A DNA stretch of 64,000 bases. It comes from Tubulanus polymorphus. Taxonomy: Eukaryota; Animalia; Nemertea. The translations under genes and the position numbers were made by a program. Below, piece after piece: positions 35,200 to 48,991 of this stretch (position 1 is its first letter; each line of letters starts with the position of its first letter). The stretch lies in NCBI RefSeq assembly GCF_964204645.1, contig NC_134027.1, positions 12,804,485-12,868,484 of the forward strand. The letters are read 5' to 3'. A model generated the notes under the pieces. That model worked only from the letters and a program-made list of their open reading frames with translations, ran no database searches and was not told where the DNA came from.

Positions 35200-35960
35200 A
35201 GAATGGAGAGGACCTGAATTGATACTAGTGGCCTTGAGGTGAATTGTAACCTGAAATATGCATATTACAGGTCCAATAAGGGCAGAAAGAAGCCTCTGGA
35301 TTTGCTCATCCATATACCCGTAATTGAATGTCCAGGTGCTGATTTAGGGATGACAGATCTATTATGGTCCGTTTGCCCCCTGTGGCTTTGGAATCATGAA
35401 TTTCTGTGAAATCCAGCAAGGTGAGTTTGCTTACTGCACTAGTTGCATTGCATGCGCACTTCTCAGCCAACAAAAGATGGCACATGTCGAAGGAAACCAC
35501 GTCAGACGCTGTCTCCTTAGGTAACTGACAAGATATCATGACGAGACCCAGGAAAGCCAAACAGGTTTGAGTTTTCTGTTGGACTGAAATATTTTCCCCG
35601 TTTTATGCCCGTTCTAGAGGGGGAAATGAAAATGAATTCACCCAATAACTGTGAATCTAACCAAGCACACTCCCTCGATCCCCAGGAGGTAACCCATGAA
35701 CAATTGAGGCAGGAGCGTCACCTGATGAATGTCTAAAGAGTTCTTTGTTAAAATCCGAACCTAGAATAAAATGCTGTTATCTTAAGTTTGCAAATCAAGC
35801 CATGTTGGAAAACCACTTCCTGGGCTGTGAGGAAGAATAGGCCTGTGACACCTGTAGCCAGTGATGCAGAAGACAAAATATTCAATATCTTGTTTTGGAA
35901 TACAAGCAGCAGGTATGTACGTGCCATGGCTGAATGTAGCGAAGCCATCAGGCGCTAATT
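35200..35960 (-). mobile_element. Highly decayed DIRS-like remnant
   Basis: KATGGKRTIIDLSSLNQHLDI matches KATGGQRTVIDVSSLNRHLDI of the DIRS RT at ~49230-49295. Confidence 0.55.
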
Positions 35961-38900
35961 CTGCCGAGGGAGGATTTAAACATAGAATTTAAATCAATAC
36001 ATATATTGTATATACTTAATTACACCGATCAATGAAATGAGACAGAAAAAACATGATACAAACACTGAACACACATGCATTGAACCCGGCAGGAAGTAAG
36101 GACACGGGAAAATAAATCAGTACAAATTGTTTTGTTCTTAAATAATGTGCTGAATGAGAAAAGCAGAATTTGACTCAATTTTAAAAATCTGGATTTCAGG
36201 ATAAATCCAGAACTCTGGCATCCCTGAATACCTACCCGAATAACCCCTGCATTTCCCGCAACTTCAGATACAGTCCCTCGAGCGGGAAAGCAATCTGCTC
36301 GAATTGTTGAAGCGATCGGAAAAGTAAATTCATAGATTTACAACATTTTTAAAACACAAGGCCCCAAAATCAATTTTCAAGACCTAAGTGCTGAGGCTTC
36401 TGAAAATTCAAAGCTATTCAAGGATTTAAAAGCTTGCTTTGGACCCTATATGGGATCAAGCTACAAAATGGCTTTTTCACACACCAAAATCACTCTGGCG
36501 GCAATCTTGCATAAATTGCATAAATGGGCAAAGTGTGGTTTACCTTGAAAGCTAGAGGTTGTTTGGGGTAAGGGCATTGCTTGAAAAATCTTGTTAATTC
36601 ATGACTTCAAAGTTCTACAAGGTTAAATATTCTATTTTATCTTTCTTAAAGGATTATTTTGTTGTCAAAAGACCAAAGATATACATTTGTTTACGGTCCA
36701 CATCAAAAATTTCGTAGGGTACAGGTAGGCACAGCATGGAAACTATTTTGTATTTTCAAAGAAATATTTTTCATAATATGAAAAAATATTCAAATAAAAT
36801 TCATATGATGTCACATATCAAAGGGTGGCTGAATGTATGGCCGCGGAAGCTAAAATACCGGTGCAGTAAGAAATCGGCATATTAGATCGTTTTAAATCCT
36901 GGAATTTACCACTACAATATTCAGACCTCGATCTATACCTATAGTTTGCTGCTTAGTATTTTCAGGTCACAAGAAATTACAATTTATTACAAATTCTATC
37001 AAACAGAAAACACAGCGCTCATCTTCTGCTGATTAAATGTCAAATGCGCCAGCAAGCAGCGTTACAGTATCACTATAGTAGTGTATACTGTACGCACATG
37101 TGTTTGTGTGTGCAACAGTCTAATCTAATGATTTCTGCACGCAAGTGGAGGCCTTGTGTAAGTGAATGTTCGCCTCCCAATCGAGGTCATTACAATTTTA
37201 TACGCAAGAGCTAAGAATTTTCCCGCCAAAACAGTTTTTCGTAGAATTTTAACTCAGTTGACCATGTCATCGACGGAGGTTCGCCATCTCTTCAATCGCA
37301 TTGATTATACGTCGTTTAAGCCGAGAACCAATGAAACAAATGCTCACATAAAAAACGTACCACAATTTGACATGAATTGGCTCAATGCCAACTTCATATC
37401 GCTGACAAAGGTAAACCAATAACATATTTATGTCAGAAAAAATAGAGCCCATTTATCCATCATAAAACCATACATGAAGTAATAAGAAAATCGGTCTGAA
37501 ACTAGGCAGGCTCCAAAAAAGCAGTGCAGGCCATCTTGGATTACCTATATATGTCAAAAACAATAGGGCTCATCCGCCTTCCATAATAAAACCACATATC
37601 AAGTAATAAGAAAATTGGTCTCAAACTGTAGCAGCGTTCATTGTGCCACTGCTGACTCAAATTCACCGCCATTCATTGCCCATCTTATACCAAGTTCACT
37701 GCCACCTGCAGCAATTTAGAAATTTGCAAATTTTCGAGGCAAGTGACCATATTCGCACACTACATTACCAACTTTGTTGATCACACAACAATGCGCATGC
37801 TCATGAACAACGATCAACAAAACTAAAAAGTGCCTATTAAAATATGAAAGGACCGTATTTCAAAACAAATTGTATTGGAATGTGATGCATGGCAATATAT
37901 ATTGAAAGAAGATTCCATTATTTTAAATTGCGAACATTCGATCTGTGTAATTTTCAAATTTGAAGAAAATACTTTTTATATTGACATTTTGCATTTGAAA
38001 ATTAAGTCATTTTCCCGTTCAGAATGCGAGTTCAACCATCAAGTCCTGAATATTACGCCCGAATTCACAAAACTTTCAGCGCGCTTTAAGTTGGCTTTAC
38101 GATGGCCTGGCGACCGTTTGAAAGCGGTTTCAGAATATTTCGAATGTGCTCATTTTAACGATATCAAATTTGTTACCCTTTAAGAATATTTTATCGTTGA
38201 CATTTTTTGTCTGAAAATAGCATGTTCATGGGCTGTAAGTCGGCGGGCAAGTCGAAATTAACTCAAAGACAGCAGATTTCGTTTATCATATTTTATATGA
38301 ATGAAAACTTCAGAACATTTCCAACAAGTTTCTCGCTGGTTGTGATGGTTTATCTTGAAAAATAAAAAGGTTTTACGCTGGTGAACGTTTTTAAGTCATG
38401 TTTTTCTAAAAAGAACAATCGCTCCATTTTGAAAAATAACGGATCATTGTTGCTACGCTACAAGGTTCGCAACAATTGAAAACAAATCAATGGCAGTGCG
38501 TGCAGCAGCCAGATATTGCACTATTATGAATGAAATAGTTGGTAATGAAGGGGCTGTGAATTAAGTATGTACGCTTGGCTTCCAGGTATTTTCAATCCCC
38601 CCTCTCCCATGTATGCTCTCTGATCATTTTTCCTCACCCTACCCCTTGCGTACTAACTTATTATGAATAACCCATAAACCCCTTGTGAAATTGAAATATT
38701 CAGTATCCATGGTTTAAAGAAGGGGTAGTGGGTTTTCCCCAATGATTCAAATAGACACCTTCCGTACAAAGTAGGCCTACCAGGATTGGAAAGAATCAAT
38801 CCAATTCATATACACCGTACGTTGTGTAAATTCAGATGCTGAACGATTTATTATATACGAAGTTTATTAAACAATACGGCGAGGTCACGTATGTTTCCCC

Positions 38901-39939
38901 CGGGTAAGCCGTATTAGACCCATCCAATAGATTTCTTGCAATCAATGTGGAATATTGGGCTGCATTTCATTAATAAACAAGAAAGAATGGATAGTGAGAA
39001 CTATTGGATTGAATTCAAATGATGGGAGAAAACTGACCTTTTACAGACAATTAGATCGAAAATAAGGACAGAAAATATCAAGAAAAATGCCTTTTTTCAC
39101 ATCATGAATGGAAACGCACACCTTTCTTCGGCATGAAGTTTTAGGCAGAATTTCAGAGAATCTGTGCTCCGAGTAATCAAAAAAGCCGAAGATGTCCCCC
39201 TTGATTGAATGAAGAGGTTTTCACGAAAATCTGTCTATTGATATGATCTACATCACACACGACTACATGAAAATTCATCATTAATATACATGGTAGTGGG
39301 TTTTCCCCACTGACTCAAATAGACTCTCCAAGTTCATGGTGTGACGATTCCATTTATTTCATACACTTTATACAAAGTTCGTTAGACAATTTATTTTCGT
39401 AAATTGAACAATTTCCAAGATTCACTTCCCCTTTCCCAATTCTACTGCTCTTTTAGGGGGCATTCATTTATTACATACACATTAGGGGAGGGGTCAATTC
39501 TAAATTCAAATTTTATGAGTACGTAATAAATGAATGTTCCCTTATAAAATTCACTGCTTTTCACGACCACGCACGACGAACCAATTCGAACCCTGGCAGT
39601 TGAATCATTTGCAGTTTCCAAGAAAACTTTAACTAGGCAACATGCGAGGCGTGCGCTTTTCATATACATGCACAGATCAATATAGGCTACCACTTAGCAG
39701 CGAGTATATGTGTCACGCACGTGTGTGAAGCATGAATATACGTAAAAGGGCATATGTTCTTCTGAAACGAAATGTAGTTCCAGCAACAAATAAATAACTA
39801 AATTAATAAATACGCAATGGATTCTGATGAAATTCAATAGGGTTAGAGATTATATTACTGCATTGAATGTTTTGAAAGTTCCGAAGGCCTAAGCCTCGTT
39901 TAGAAGTTATTTTGCACCAAACGAAGAAAGTTTCGTATG

Positions 39940-40635
39940 CAAAATGGACTTCCCAGAAGCAAAAGTCCATACAAATTCAAGATGGTGGTCCTGCCTTAAT
40001 GGAGAAAATTCTTCATGGTCAATAGGGGTAGACATCTCACCTACCCTAATCGTAACGCAAATTCAACGAAACCTATCAAGCATTGTAGGCTGTATTGCAC
40101 TAACAAGAAATTCAAGATGGCTGCCCTGGTGGCCATATTTAAAGGCTGAAATTCTATTTTCAACAGGGGTGGACATCTCACCTACCCCAATCCTCACACA
40201 AGAAATTCAAGATGACCACCTGGGTGGCAATGTTTGATTGCCAATGACCGCTATTTTCATTAGGGGTGAACAGCTTACCTGCAACTATACTGATACCAAG
40301 TTTCATAGAAATCATTGAAGAATTATAGGCTGTATTGCAGTAACAATCAAAATTCGAGATGGCTGCCCTGGCATCATATTTGATGAATTCACTGAAAATC
40401 CATCAAGAATTTTAAACTCTATCTAACAAGAAATTCAAATGTCTGACCTGGTGGCCATATTTAATGGCCGATAACCTCTATTTTCGATAGAGATAGACGC
40501 CTCACCAGCCCCAATCCTCACACTAAGTTTAAGAAAAATCCATCAAGAATTGCATTGTGTATCCCAGTAACAAGGTGTCAGGGGATGGCAGATGCAGTGA
40601 AATATAACGTCTCCCCCCACCGGGGGGAGACATAC
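39940..40635 (+). repeat. Degenerate HINE-like repeat with diverged internal units and a terminal hairpin
   Basis: Recurrent CAAGAAATTCAAGATGGC..; ends GTCTCCCCCC-AC-CGGGGGGAGAC. Confidence 0.5.
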
Positions 40636-40680
40636 AAGGATTTTTCACACATCGAGGTTGGACACACACATTTACCAATA

Positions 40681-40862
40681 TACAGCCAACCCCTGATATA
40701 CCGCCCACATTGGTACAGAATGATTTTGGTGGTATAGGGAGTATGGCGGTATATCGGGGGTGTTTTACTACGTATGTATTTGTATTGAATTGTACATTGA
40801 GAAAACTTGGCGGTAGGCAGGGGTGGCGGTAAATGGGAGGCGGGATATCGGGGGTTGACTGA
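40681..40862. mobile_element. Short Tc1/mariner-like MITE
   Basis: TA-CAGCCAACCCCTGATATAC.. / ..GATATCGGGGGTTGACTG imperfect TIRs. Confidence 0.5.
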
Positions 40863-41073
40863 ATATCAAAGCATTTTGAAGACTTCTAAAAAAACTAAAT
40901 TCTGTTGATGGAAAAGTGGATGGACAAACAGACTAAAAGTGAACCAATAGTCCACTTGCTTATACATGTTATTACAAGGGTTTCAAAGATTTGCTGCAGA
41001 TGCACATTTCCCAACATTGTTAACACAAATGAAACAGAAGCAAAGTAGGGATTATGAAAAACAATGTATTTAC

Positions 41074-41241
41074 CTGTGTATTGTCAGTAATGATAACCTC
41101 CAAGTCATTCAACACAGGGTATTCCTTCATTGGTTGTTTGATTGTACCATATATATAATCTTTAAAATCGTGACAGATTTTCTTCAAATTCGGGCTTGTG
41201 TCAAAGAAAATGGTTATACTGTCTGATGGCTGGAGTGAACC
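41074..41241 (-). CDS. IARS1: IARS1 exon (GSLQPSDSITIFF..IKQPMKEYPV..DNTQ)
   Basis: AG/GT boundaries, phase 0, homologous to IARS1. Confidence 0.85.
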
Positions 41242-43326
41242 CTGAAAAAGTCATAAAAAGGCATGATTTTCTATTATAGAATTTCCCTATCCCCATACAA
41301 TTCAATTGTATAAGTACATTTGTAGTGCCTTTGCAATCCTGATTTTGCCACCTGATCATGAAAGGAAAATCCGACTTGAATGGTTACCAAGAATGATGCG
41401 TAACAAAATTGACTATGTACCTATAAACATCTAAATCGGGTATGTTTGATTATCAAGTCACTGTCAATAACCATCATATGAAACAAAATTAAGCCCGAAA
41501 TAGTCTTTTTAACCCTTTCGCTGCGCGCGTGATTGCAGCGCCCTGTGCGATCCTTATTTTCCAAAAAAAAAATTGTTCAAATTGTTCTAAACTGTGATTA
41601 TTAAAGTTTCTATAGAAGATTATGATATTCTTATATCAGTGCAATTTTCAGGGATGAGAACGCCAACTTTTAAATCCACGTTTTTTCTTAAGTAAATTAG
41701 AAAATTCTTGAAATTAGAAGCGTTTTCCGGTTACTTTAGAGCGATATTGGAACTCACAAACAATTAAATTTTGGAAGGTAATGGCTATTTCCAATGTGGC
41801 ACATCCCCATTCGATGACAATCAGTAATTCATGCATTACAGGTCAAGCCCCTGAATTATTGCAGTTAAAATAGTGCCGATGAATGCTCACTAAAAATCAT
41901 ATCGAAAGGCCTTTGCTCTACATTTCAGTTACCGAGCACGTGTCTGTTACCGATCGACTTACAATACTTGAATGTGGTAGCAATACTCAGATACGCATTG
42001 AAAAGCAATATGCAATTTTTAGTAAAACAGGCGCTGAATGCTTTTATAGTTGTTCCGATTACCATCATCACCCCCTCCCCAATACTTTAACATCATTTTT
42101 GGACTATGGAAATGATATTTTTCCGAACTGCCGGTGATTCTCATCCATGAATTTTTGTCTAAAAGCCACCAGGCGCCATCTGTTGTTTAGGAGTGAAATA
42201 AAATAGCTCTAGACATAGTCCTACATGCGCCTGGATCATTATCCAGTTTTTAAAACATTGGAATATTTTTCAGAATGAAGATTGGATTTCCCCAGTGACT
42301 CTTTGTATGCAGAATCAATGATCGATAAAGAAGTAGTATCGACTCGATATTTAGGTAAAAGGGTAGGACAAGTAGCAAGCAGCAATTAAAAATATTTACA
42401 AGCACCACCTGTACAGCGCCCCTAGGAGCTGAAATTGGGAAAAGGGCTCTTTAACTTTTAGGCCCTTTGGTCCGTAGTATCAAAAATACATTAAGAGGAT
42501 TGGTAGTATCTATAAACCATTGTAAGACGTGTAGTGATTCAAAGATTTAACAAGCACCACCTGTACATTAACTTTGGAGGACAGCTCCAACTTTTTAGCC
42601 CTTGGCCCATAGTATCTACAAGCGCCACCTATACAGCACCCCTTAAAAGTCAAATTGGGAAAATGGCTCTATAACATTTTAGCGCTTAGCCCATATATTA
42701 GCTTCCTACTAAGTTTGGTCAAGATCAGAAAAGAAGTGTAGCACGGATAGGAGGTACTTTTCAAACGTGAAGAACTTATAGTTAACGGCCAATTTTTAAT
42801 TTCGAGGACAAGAATAGGTTGCCAGGAAGTGAACCAGCCAGGATTTTGACTAAATGTGACTGAAAGCCCTTACTAGAAAGGAGCAGCAGAAAGATATGTT
42901 ATAAATAGAAGCACAGAACTGCAAGAAGTTTCAAAAAGATCATTGTATGAAAATGGGACAAGAGATTCATGGACCCTTATATCTTGGCCGCATAACATTA
43001 TGAGTGGATAGGTGTTTGAAGGAAAAGTTATTTTACATCTACCCTGTTGATGCTTTATGAAATGAAATGCTTTGTGAAATTTTATGAAAATTCTATACAA
43101 ATTCGTCAATTTCTCTCCGATGATAAATTACATTTCGCACATAGGCATAGCAAATTGCATGGCGTCATTTCAAATTATAACCAGAAATTTCGATCCATTA
43201 CAACATATTGGGCTTTGCACGAGATAAAAACTAAGTACATGTTTAGCAAAAATACTGTTTAGTAAAATTTTTCTTAGCTTATGCATGAAAGAATATCAAA
43301 CATTGAAGGAAAACACAGATATCTAC

Positions 43327-43422
43327 CTTCTTCCTTAATTTTTGAATGCGATTGATAACTTCTCTGGCAACTCCTTCGTCCAACAATGATTGATCAGGTG
43401 TAACACACAATAACACTAAGAC
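43327..43422 (-). CDS. IARS1: IARS1 exon (VLVLLCVTPDQSLLDEGVAREVINRIQKLRKK)
   Basis: Highly conserved EG.AREVINRIQKLRKK; AG/GT boundaries. Confidence 0.93.
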
Positions 43423-43500
43423 CTGTAAAAATGAGAAAATGCAGCCTTATTAGAGATAATTGCCCATGGGCCAAGAGGTTTACCACAGCGTTATGAAATG

Positions 43501-44378
43501 CAGAGATGCTAGGGCCAAAGTACCAAAATTCCGGAATTTAGGACGGGGGTCTGGGGGTCCTCCCCCAAAAAAAATTTTGCGTTTTTGCATCGCCGGAGAT
43601 GCAGTATCACAATCGGTCTCTTTCATCTGAAAATACGACGGCAGGCATTCGTTGTGCTTCACATCCCTCGCTGCCTTCTTAGACCGCGCGCTATCCGGGT
43701 GACGAAGAATATCTTTTTTCCCGCCACTACCGTATTTGACCTGGTCTTTACAAACGACGCAGTACGCCACGCCAGCTAAGTCTATCTAACGAATGTAGTT
43801 CGATAAGTAGTCCCCGTTACTGTCCTTACACTCTAGCCAGTGCCAGTTAAATTTATTTTTTTATACTGCTGTCAATTGCCTTTATATCGGCCGACTCCTG
43901 ACTGACAATCTTTCCGTCCGTGCTCATTTTGCAGACCGTCCCGCAAAAAGAAAGTTACAAAGCTGCGTGCCTCAGGACATAGCACGCGCGTGGTTATAAT
44001 TAAGATGATATTTATTAAATATCATCTTAATTATTACCACGTGCATCTTCACATTGTTGGCCGTCAGCGGGACGATGTACAACGGCGTGTAAAGATAATT
44101 GACTTTTAATTGGAAATGGCGTCACAACAGTGGCGTTCCGCCTACGCACGCACAGATACCACAACAAGCACACATATGTACATTGTAGCAGAACGTCCTC
44201 GGAAACAGAGACCAAGATAAAATAACACAGAAGCGACGACGAGTACAAGCAAACGAACGCTTTTACGGTCCGTGCCATTACTGGTCGCCGCGAGGAATTC
44301 TCACCAAATTTCCGGAATTGACATCGGCGATCCTAAATTTCCGGAATTCCGGATATTTCCGGAAAACTAGCATCTCTG
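43501..44378 (-). mobile_element. Internally deleted hAT-like DNA transposon
   Basis: TIR CAGAGATGCTAG/CTAGCATCTCTG, GAAATG duplicated on both flanks, remnant N-terminal Zn-finger ORF (KNKFNWHWLE..AYCVVCKDQVKYGSGG..H). Confidence 0.75.
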
Positions 44379-44895
44379 GAAATGCTCGACATAATTCAAC
44401 ATATATCAGAAAACGAAAAAGCCAAGGGCACATGAGCGTATTTTTTCGCCTGATCTGGAGCGATTAAATTTGCCAGCGAATTCGCCGACGAACTTATATG
44501 CCCAATGAGAGCGGGCACACACAGAAATCAAACCGAAATTCTGAGAGCGTACGTCATTTAAAGTGAGGTGATTAGTAAATTGCGTGAAATCAACAATGCA
44601 TACTATCGGTTGATAAAAACAAATCGCTCGGCAGAAGCCATCATGTGCGGGCAGACAAGCGAATTTGCGGGCGATAATCGTGTGCAATCAAGGGATGTAA
44701 TTTGCAAGATATGATTGCATTCAGTCCCAGTCCCGAAACCACGGCAGAGCCACGGTAACGCCACTTCACCGACAAATTCATCAGTAAGCTACGGCCGATT
44801 TCAGTGATGGTACGGTGAGGGAACCGAGCGTCATGACGATATGCAAGCAAATAGCTCTGATTGGATGTTGCGATGCATAGGGAACACCGTAAATG

Positions 44896-45099
44896 AGGAA
44901 TCTCAAGTCAAGATTTCATAAATGTAGGTCATCTGACGTTTATGCCATATAACTGAGGATTGGAAAAATCCACCGTCAAAAATATCGTTTTCGGCAGAGG
45001 AATCTCAAGTCAAAATTTCATAAATGTAGGTCATCCGACGTTTATGCCATAAAACTGAGGATTGGAAAAATCCACCATCAAAAATATCGTTTTCGGCAG
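44896..45099. repeat. Tandem duplication of ~102 bp
   Basis: AGGAATCTCAAGTCAA..ATATCGTTTTCGGCAG occurs twice. Confidence 0.85.
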
Positions 45100-46026
45100 A
45101 AATCTCGATAGCTACGCTCCCGGTTCTTTGCATGCGGCTAAGCGCTCATACAAATCGCACTACTATTGACATGTAAAAAGTACCACCATAAGAGGACGCA
45201 CCCGCTCAAAAGGGCATAGGTAAACCAAAAATTAGGACCTGGAAAATCCTAGTAACTTGAAAGAAGAATTTTGACAAAATCAGTTGATAATTTGTATCCA
45301 TAATATCAAGCAACCCTGTCACAAGAGCCAAACAACAGATGTTGAACTGAACTAACTGTGACACTATGAATAGCGTGCTTACAGAGTGATTTCACATGTG
45401 ATTTGGCAATTTAGTTAATCCACTTAAAAGTCAAGTGCCCTCTAAATAGAATATTACAATTTTTGGAACTAAAATTTATATTTCCGAGTAGTACTTACCC
45501 TTACCTATGGTTTTTGCCAATATTTTCTAAATTTGGATTGATCGCCAATGGTTTTTCTATACGACCCGGCCCTGCGGTATTGCATTTAGCCACCGGCGAA
45601 ATCCGCCTTTTTTTTAACGTCTAAGTAGGCCAAAAAAAACAGCTATGCGGGGCAGGTGGGCGGGATTCCCACCATAGGAAAGGGTAAGTACTACTCGGAA
45701 ATACAAATTTTAATTCCAAAAATTGTAATATTTCCGTCGAGTACTGTACCCTTTCCTATGGTTTTTGCTAGACTAGCCTAGCACAAGGATGGTGGGAAAG
45801 GTAGATAGAAAAACCACCGCTCAAACGCAAGGTAAGAGGGAAAAAGAGAGCACTTACCCAAGCACGGAATGGAGCACTATAGCACAGGGAAGACCGGTTG
45901 GCCACAGTGAGTCCATCCAGCACAGGGGCCCCCCCAAAATTTTGCGAAATTAATACTTGCAGATATGAGCCCAAACTATGTACAAGGATACACCCCCTGT
46001 GATCCTGATAATGCAACATAAATATT

Positions 46027-47150
46027 CTACACTAAAGGGTCCGATCGGAAAGAACGGACACCTTGAGCCATGACAACAGGACCAAGTGAAGCTAATGAGC
46101 CTAACTGGCCTGAAACATCCCGTAAATAAAATGACGTGAATGTCGATGGAGAATTCCAAAAGGCGGCCCGACAGACTTCCTCCAACAGAGCACCCGAAAA
46201 GGCTGCGCAGGAAGTAGCCATAGACCTCACTTGATGAGAAACCACTCCCTCCTAGGAAAGATTCTCCTTCAATAAAATGTCCTTGATCAGTGAAGAGACC
46301 CATCGGGCCACTGTGTCCCGCGAAATATCACCCTTTAGGTGATCCAGCAGCGGAATAAATAACCGCTCCCGTGAACCCCTCCGTGAAGCAGAGCGATCTA
46401 AATAGAAACACAACGCCCGCACAGGACATAAAGTCCTGTCCGGGATGCCCGGTTCCACTCGATGTTTTAGGGCTTCAATTCGCCATTGACGCCCAACCGA
46501 GCCTGGTCGCTGGTTCTTTGCCAAAAATTCCAAAGCAGGCCGCAGCGAAACAAATTCCTTCACTGGCCCAAAGACAATATGACCTTGTCGGACTGAAAGC
46601 GCATGGATCTCAGAGCGACGGGCCGAGCAAGCCAAGACAGCAAAAATACAGTCTTTTTTGACAAATTTGCAAATGACGCTGCCGAAAGAGGTTCAAATGG
46701 AGCCTCCATTAACTTCTTCGAAATTACAGACAGATCCCATGGTGGAACTGTCCTTGGTACCCGAGGCCGGGAAATAGAAAACCCTGCAACCAGCTGGGAT
46801 ATCCGATGATCCCCTGCTACATTTGGCCATCCAGAAGCATGCGATGTATGAGAAATCGCGGAGCGGTTACCTTTAATAGTTATGAACTGCAAACCTTTTA
46901 CTACAAATAGGTGCAGTAAAAAATCTGCCAATTGAGCTACAGAGGGTGAGCATGGATCAATTTCCCCTGCAGCACACCAATCCGCAAAATGACTCCATTT
47001 GGCATCGTAAATGGTACTTGTTGATGGCCGCTTAGATCCTGCGATAAAGGAGGCAGCCTGTTCTGAAAAGCCTGAAGCTGACAAGGATCGCTGGACAATG
47101 GCCAGGCGAGCAGATTTAACCACTGGCTGTTTGGATGATGTCGAAAGTTC
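46027..47150 (-). pseudogene. DIRS tyrosine recombinase, frameshifted
   Basis: YDAKWSHF, VPPWDL, ARRSEIHAL (R), LCPVRAL, HQVR (HxxR), W..STFTSFY (Y). Confidence 0.88.
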
Positions 47151-48579
47151 CCCTGAGACAGAAGTGATGGGTAATTCGGAAGAATCCTGGGGTTGTCGCA
47201 CAGTAGGTTGAGAAATGGTAGGAACCATTTCTGAGCCGGCCAACATGGTGCTACCAGAACTATGTTGCAATTGACTGATCTCTCTATTTGATCCAGTAAG
47301 CGCGACAGGCACATTGGTGTGGGCGGGAACGCATACGCATGCATCCCCGACCAGTCCAGAGAGAAGGCATCGACCCCCCACGCTTCCGCGTCTGGAAACG
47401 GGGACACAGAGGACACCTCCGATTGAACCGGGTGGCAAACAGATCCAGCAGCGGATTGCCAAACATGCCCCGAACCCGATCGGCTACTTCTTGGTGGAGA
47501 ACCCATTCTGTCGCAATAGCCTGACCTCGACGAGACAGAGCATCGGCCATCACGTTCCTTTTCCCTGCTAAATGTGCCACAGTCAGGGACACGCCCTTTG
47601 TCTGGCACCAAAGAAGAATTTTGGCCGACAGACCTGTGAGGGTTTCTGAGTGAGAGCCCCCTTGGTTCTGAAGGTAAGCCCTCACTGTTGAATTGTCTGT
47701 GGCTAACCAAACGTGGTGGTCCTCCACTCTCCTGTGAAAGAACTTCAGGGCCTTCCACACGGCCAGCATTTCTAGGAAATTTATGTGGTTGGTGGCCTTG
47801 TAGCGAGACCATCCGAGAGACCATCTCCCGGCTTTGACTCGGTTCTCCAGATGTGCCCCCCATCCTTGGTGACTGCCATCCGTGAATACACGAACTGGAG
47901 CCTCTAACGGGGCTAGTGACACCCCGAGCCAAAGATTCGTAGTTGCCGCCCACCACTGAAGATCCGGACTTAGATCGGTTGGATGTACGGGAATCAAGGT
48001 CTCCCAGTTGCCCTTCGACTGAGACCAGAAGACCTTCCAATATTGTTGCAAGCGCCTGCTTCTGAGGCGGCCTAACGGCACCACCAGACCCATGGAGCTG
48101 ATGGAGCCTAGAAGCCGTGACCAGTAACGAGCTGTTCTCGGGGTTGTGGACACTCCTGCTACAGCTTCTTGAAGTTTGGCTACTCGAGCCATAGACGGAA
48201 AGACTTTGCCGATTCGGAGATCGAAGTCCATGCCGAGATAAGTGAACTGTTGGGCCGGCGTCAACTGAGATTTTTCCCTGTTTACGCGGAACCCTAGCTG
48301 ATGGACTAAGTCCAAGACTGAGGTCATTGCCTCCCGACATTCCTGAGCCGAATTCGCGACTATTAACCAGTCGTCGAGGTAAACGAACAGTCGAACACCC
48401 CTCGACTGAAGTACCTTCTGAACTGACTTGACCAACTTGGTGAAAACCCACGGGGCCGTACTGAGGCCAAATGGAAGAGACCTGAATTGGTACTGGCGGC
48501 CTTTCCACTTTATCCGAATAACCATAGAAGCGATAACATTAAAAACCTCATTTTCTAATGAGTAAATACAGTTTATTAA

Positions 48580-48616
48580 CACGAACGTTTTCGGGATCAT
48601 ATCCCCTCATCAGGTG
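48580..48616 (-). ncRNA. Minimal type I hammerhead ribozyme motif (inverted copy)
   Basis: Reverse complement of the 48955-48991 motif. Confidence 0.7.
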
Positions 48617-48954
48617 AAATACAAGTGAATCAAATGATTAAACTACAGGTTTATATACAACATAAGTTACAAAATTACAAGTGCTAAATTCTAAGCTAAT
48701 TACAAACCAAGTATTTAATTACAAACTAATTATTTGAATACATTTAGGATAAAGGCCCTGTTTATTAAAGCGCAACGACCCTCTTTAAATCAACAATTAT
48801 TTCAAAACGGCTCATCCTTTATCCTAAATGTATTCAAATAATTAGTTTGTAATTAAATACTTGGTTTGTAATTAGCTTAGAATTTAGCACTTGTAATTTT
48901 GTAACTTATGTTGTATATAAACCTGTAGTTTAATCATTTGATTCACTTGTATTT

Positions 48955-48991
48955 CACCTGATGAGGGGATATGATCCCGAAAACGTTCGTG
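48955..48991 (+). ncRNA. Minimal type I hammerhead ribozyme motif
   Basis: CAC-CTGATGA-GGGGATATGATCCC-GAAA-ACGT-TC-GTG: core boxes, stem II, palindromic mini stem III and 3-bp stem I. Confidence 0.7.

Noticed and set aside
32926-43262. Many 60-100-aa ORFs in IARS1 introns and 3' flank
   Set aside because: No motifs; consistent with random ORFs or antisense of exons and repeats.
46937-48508. 523-aa overlapping ORF as a separate novel gene
   Set aside because: Long overlapping frames are normal in DIRS pol/YR regions. Its C-terminal part is the frameshifted methyltransferase-like end of pol.
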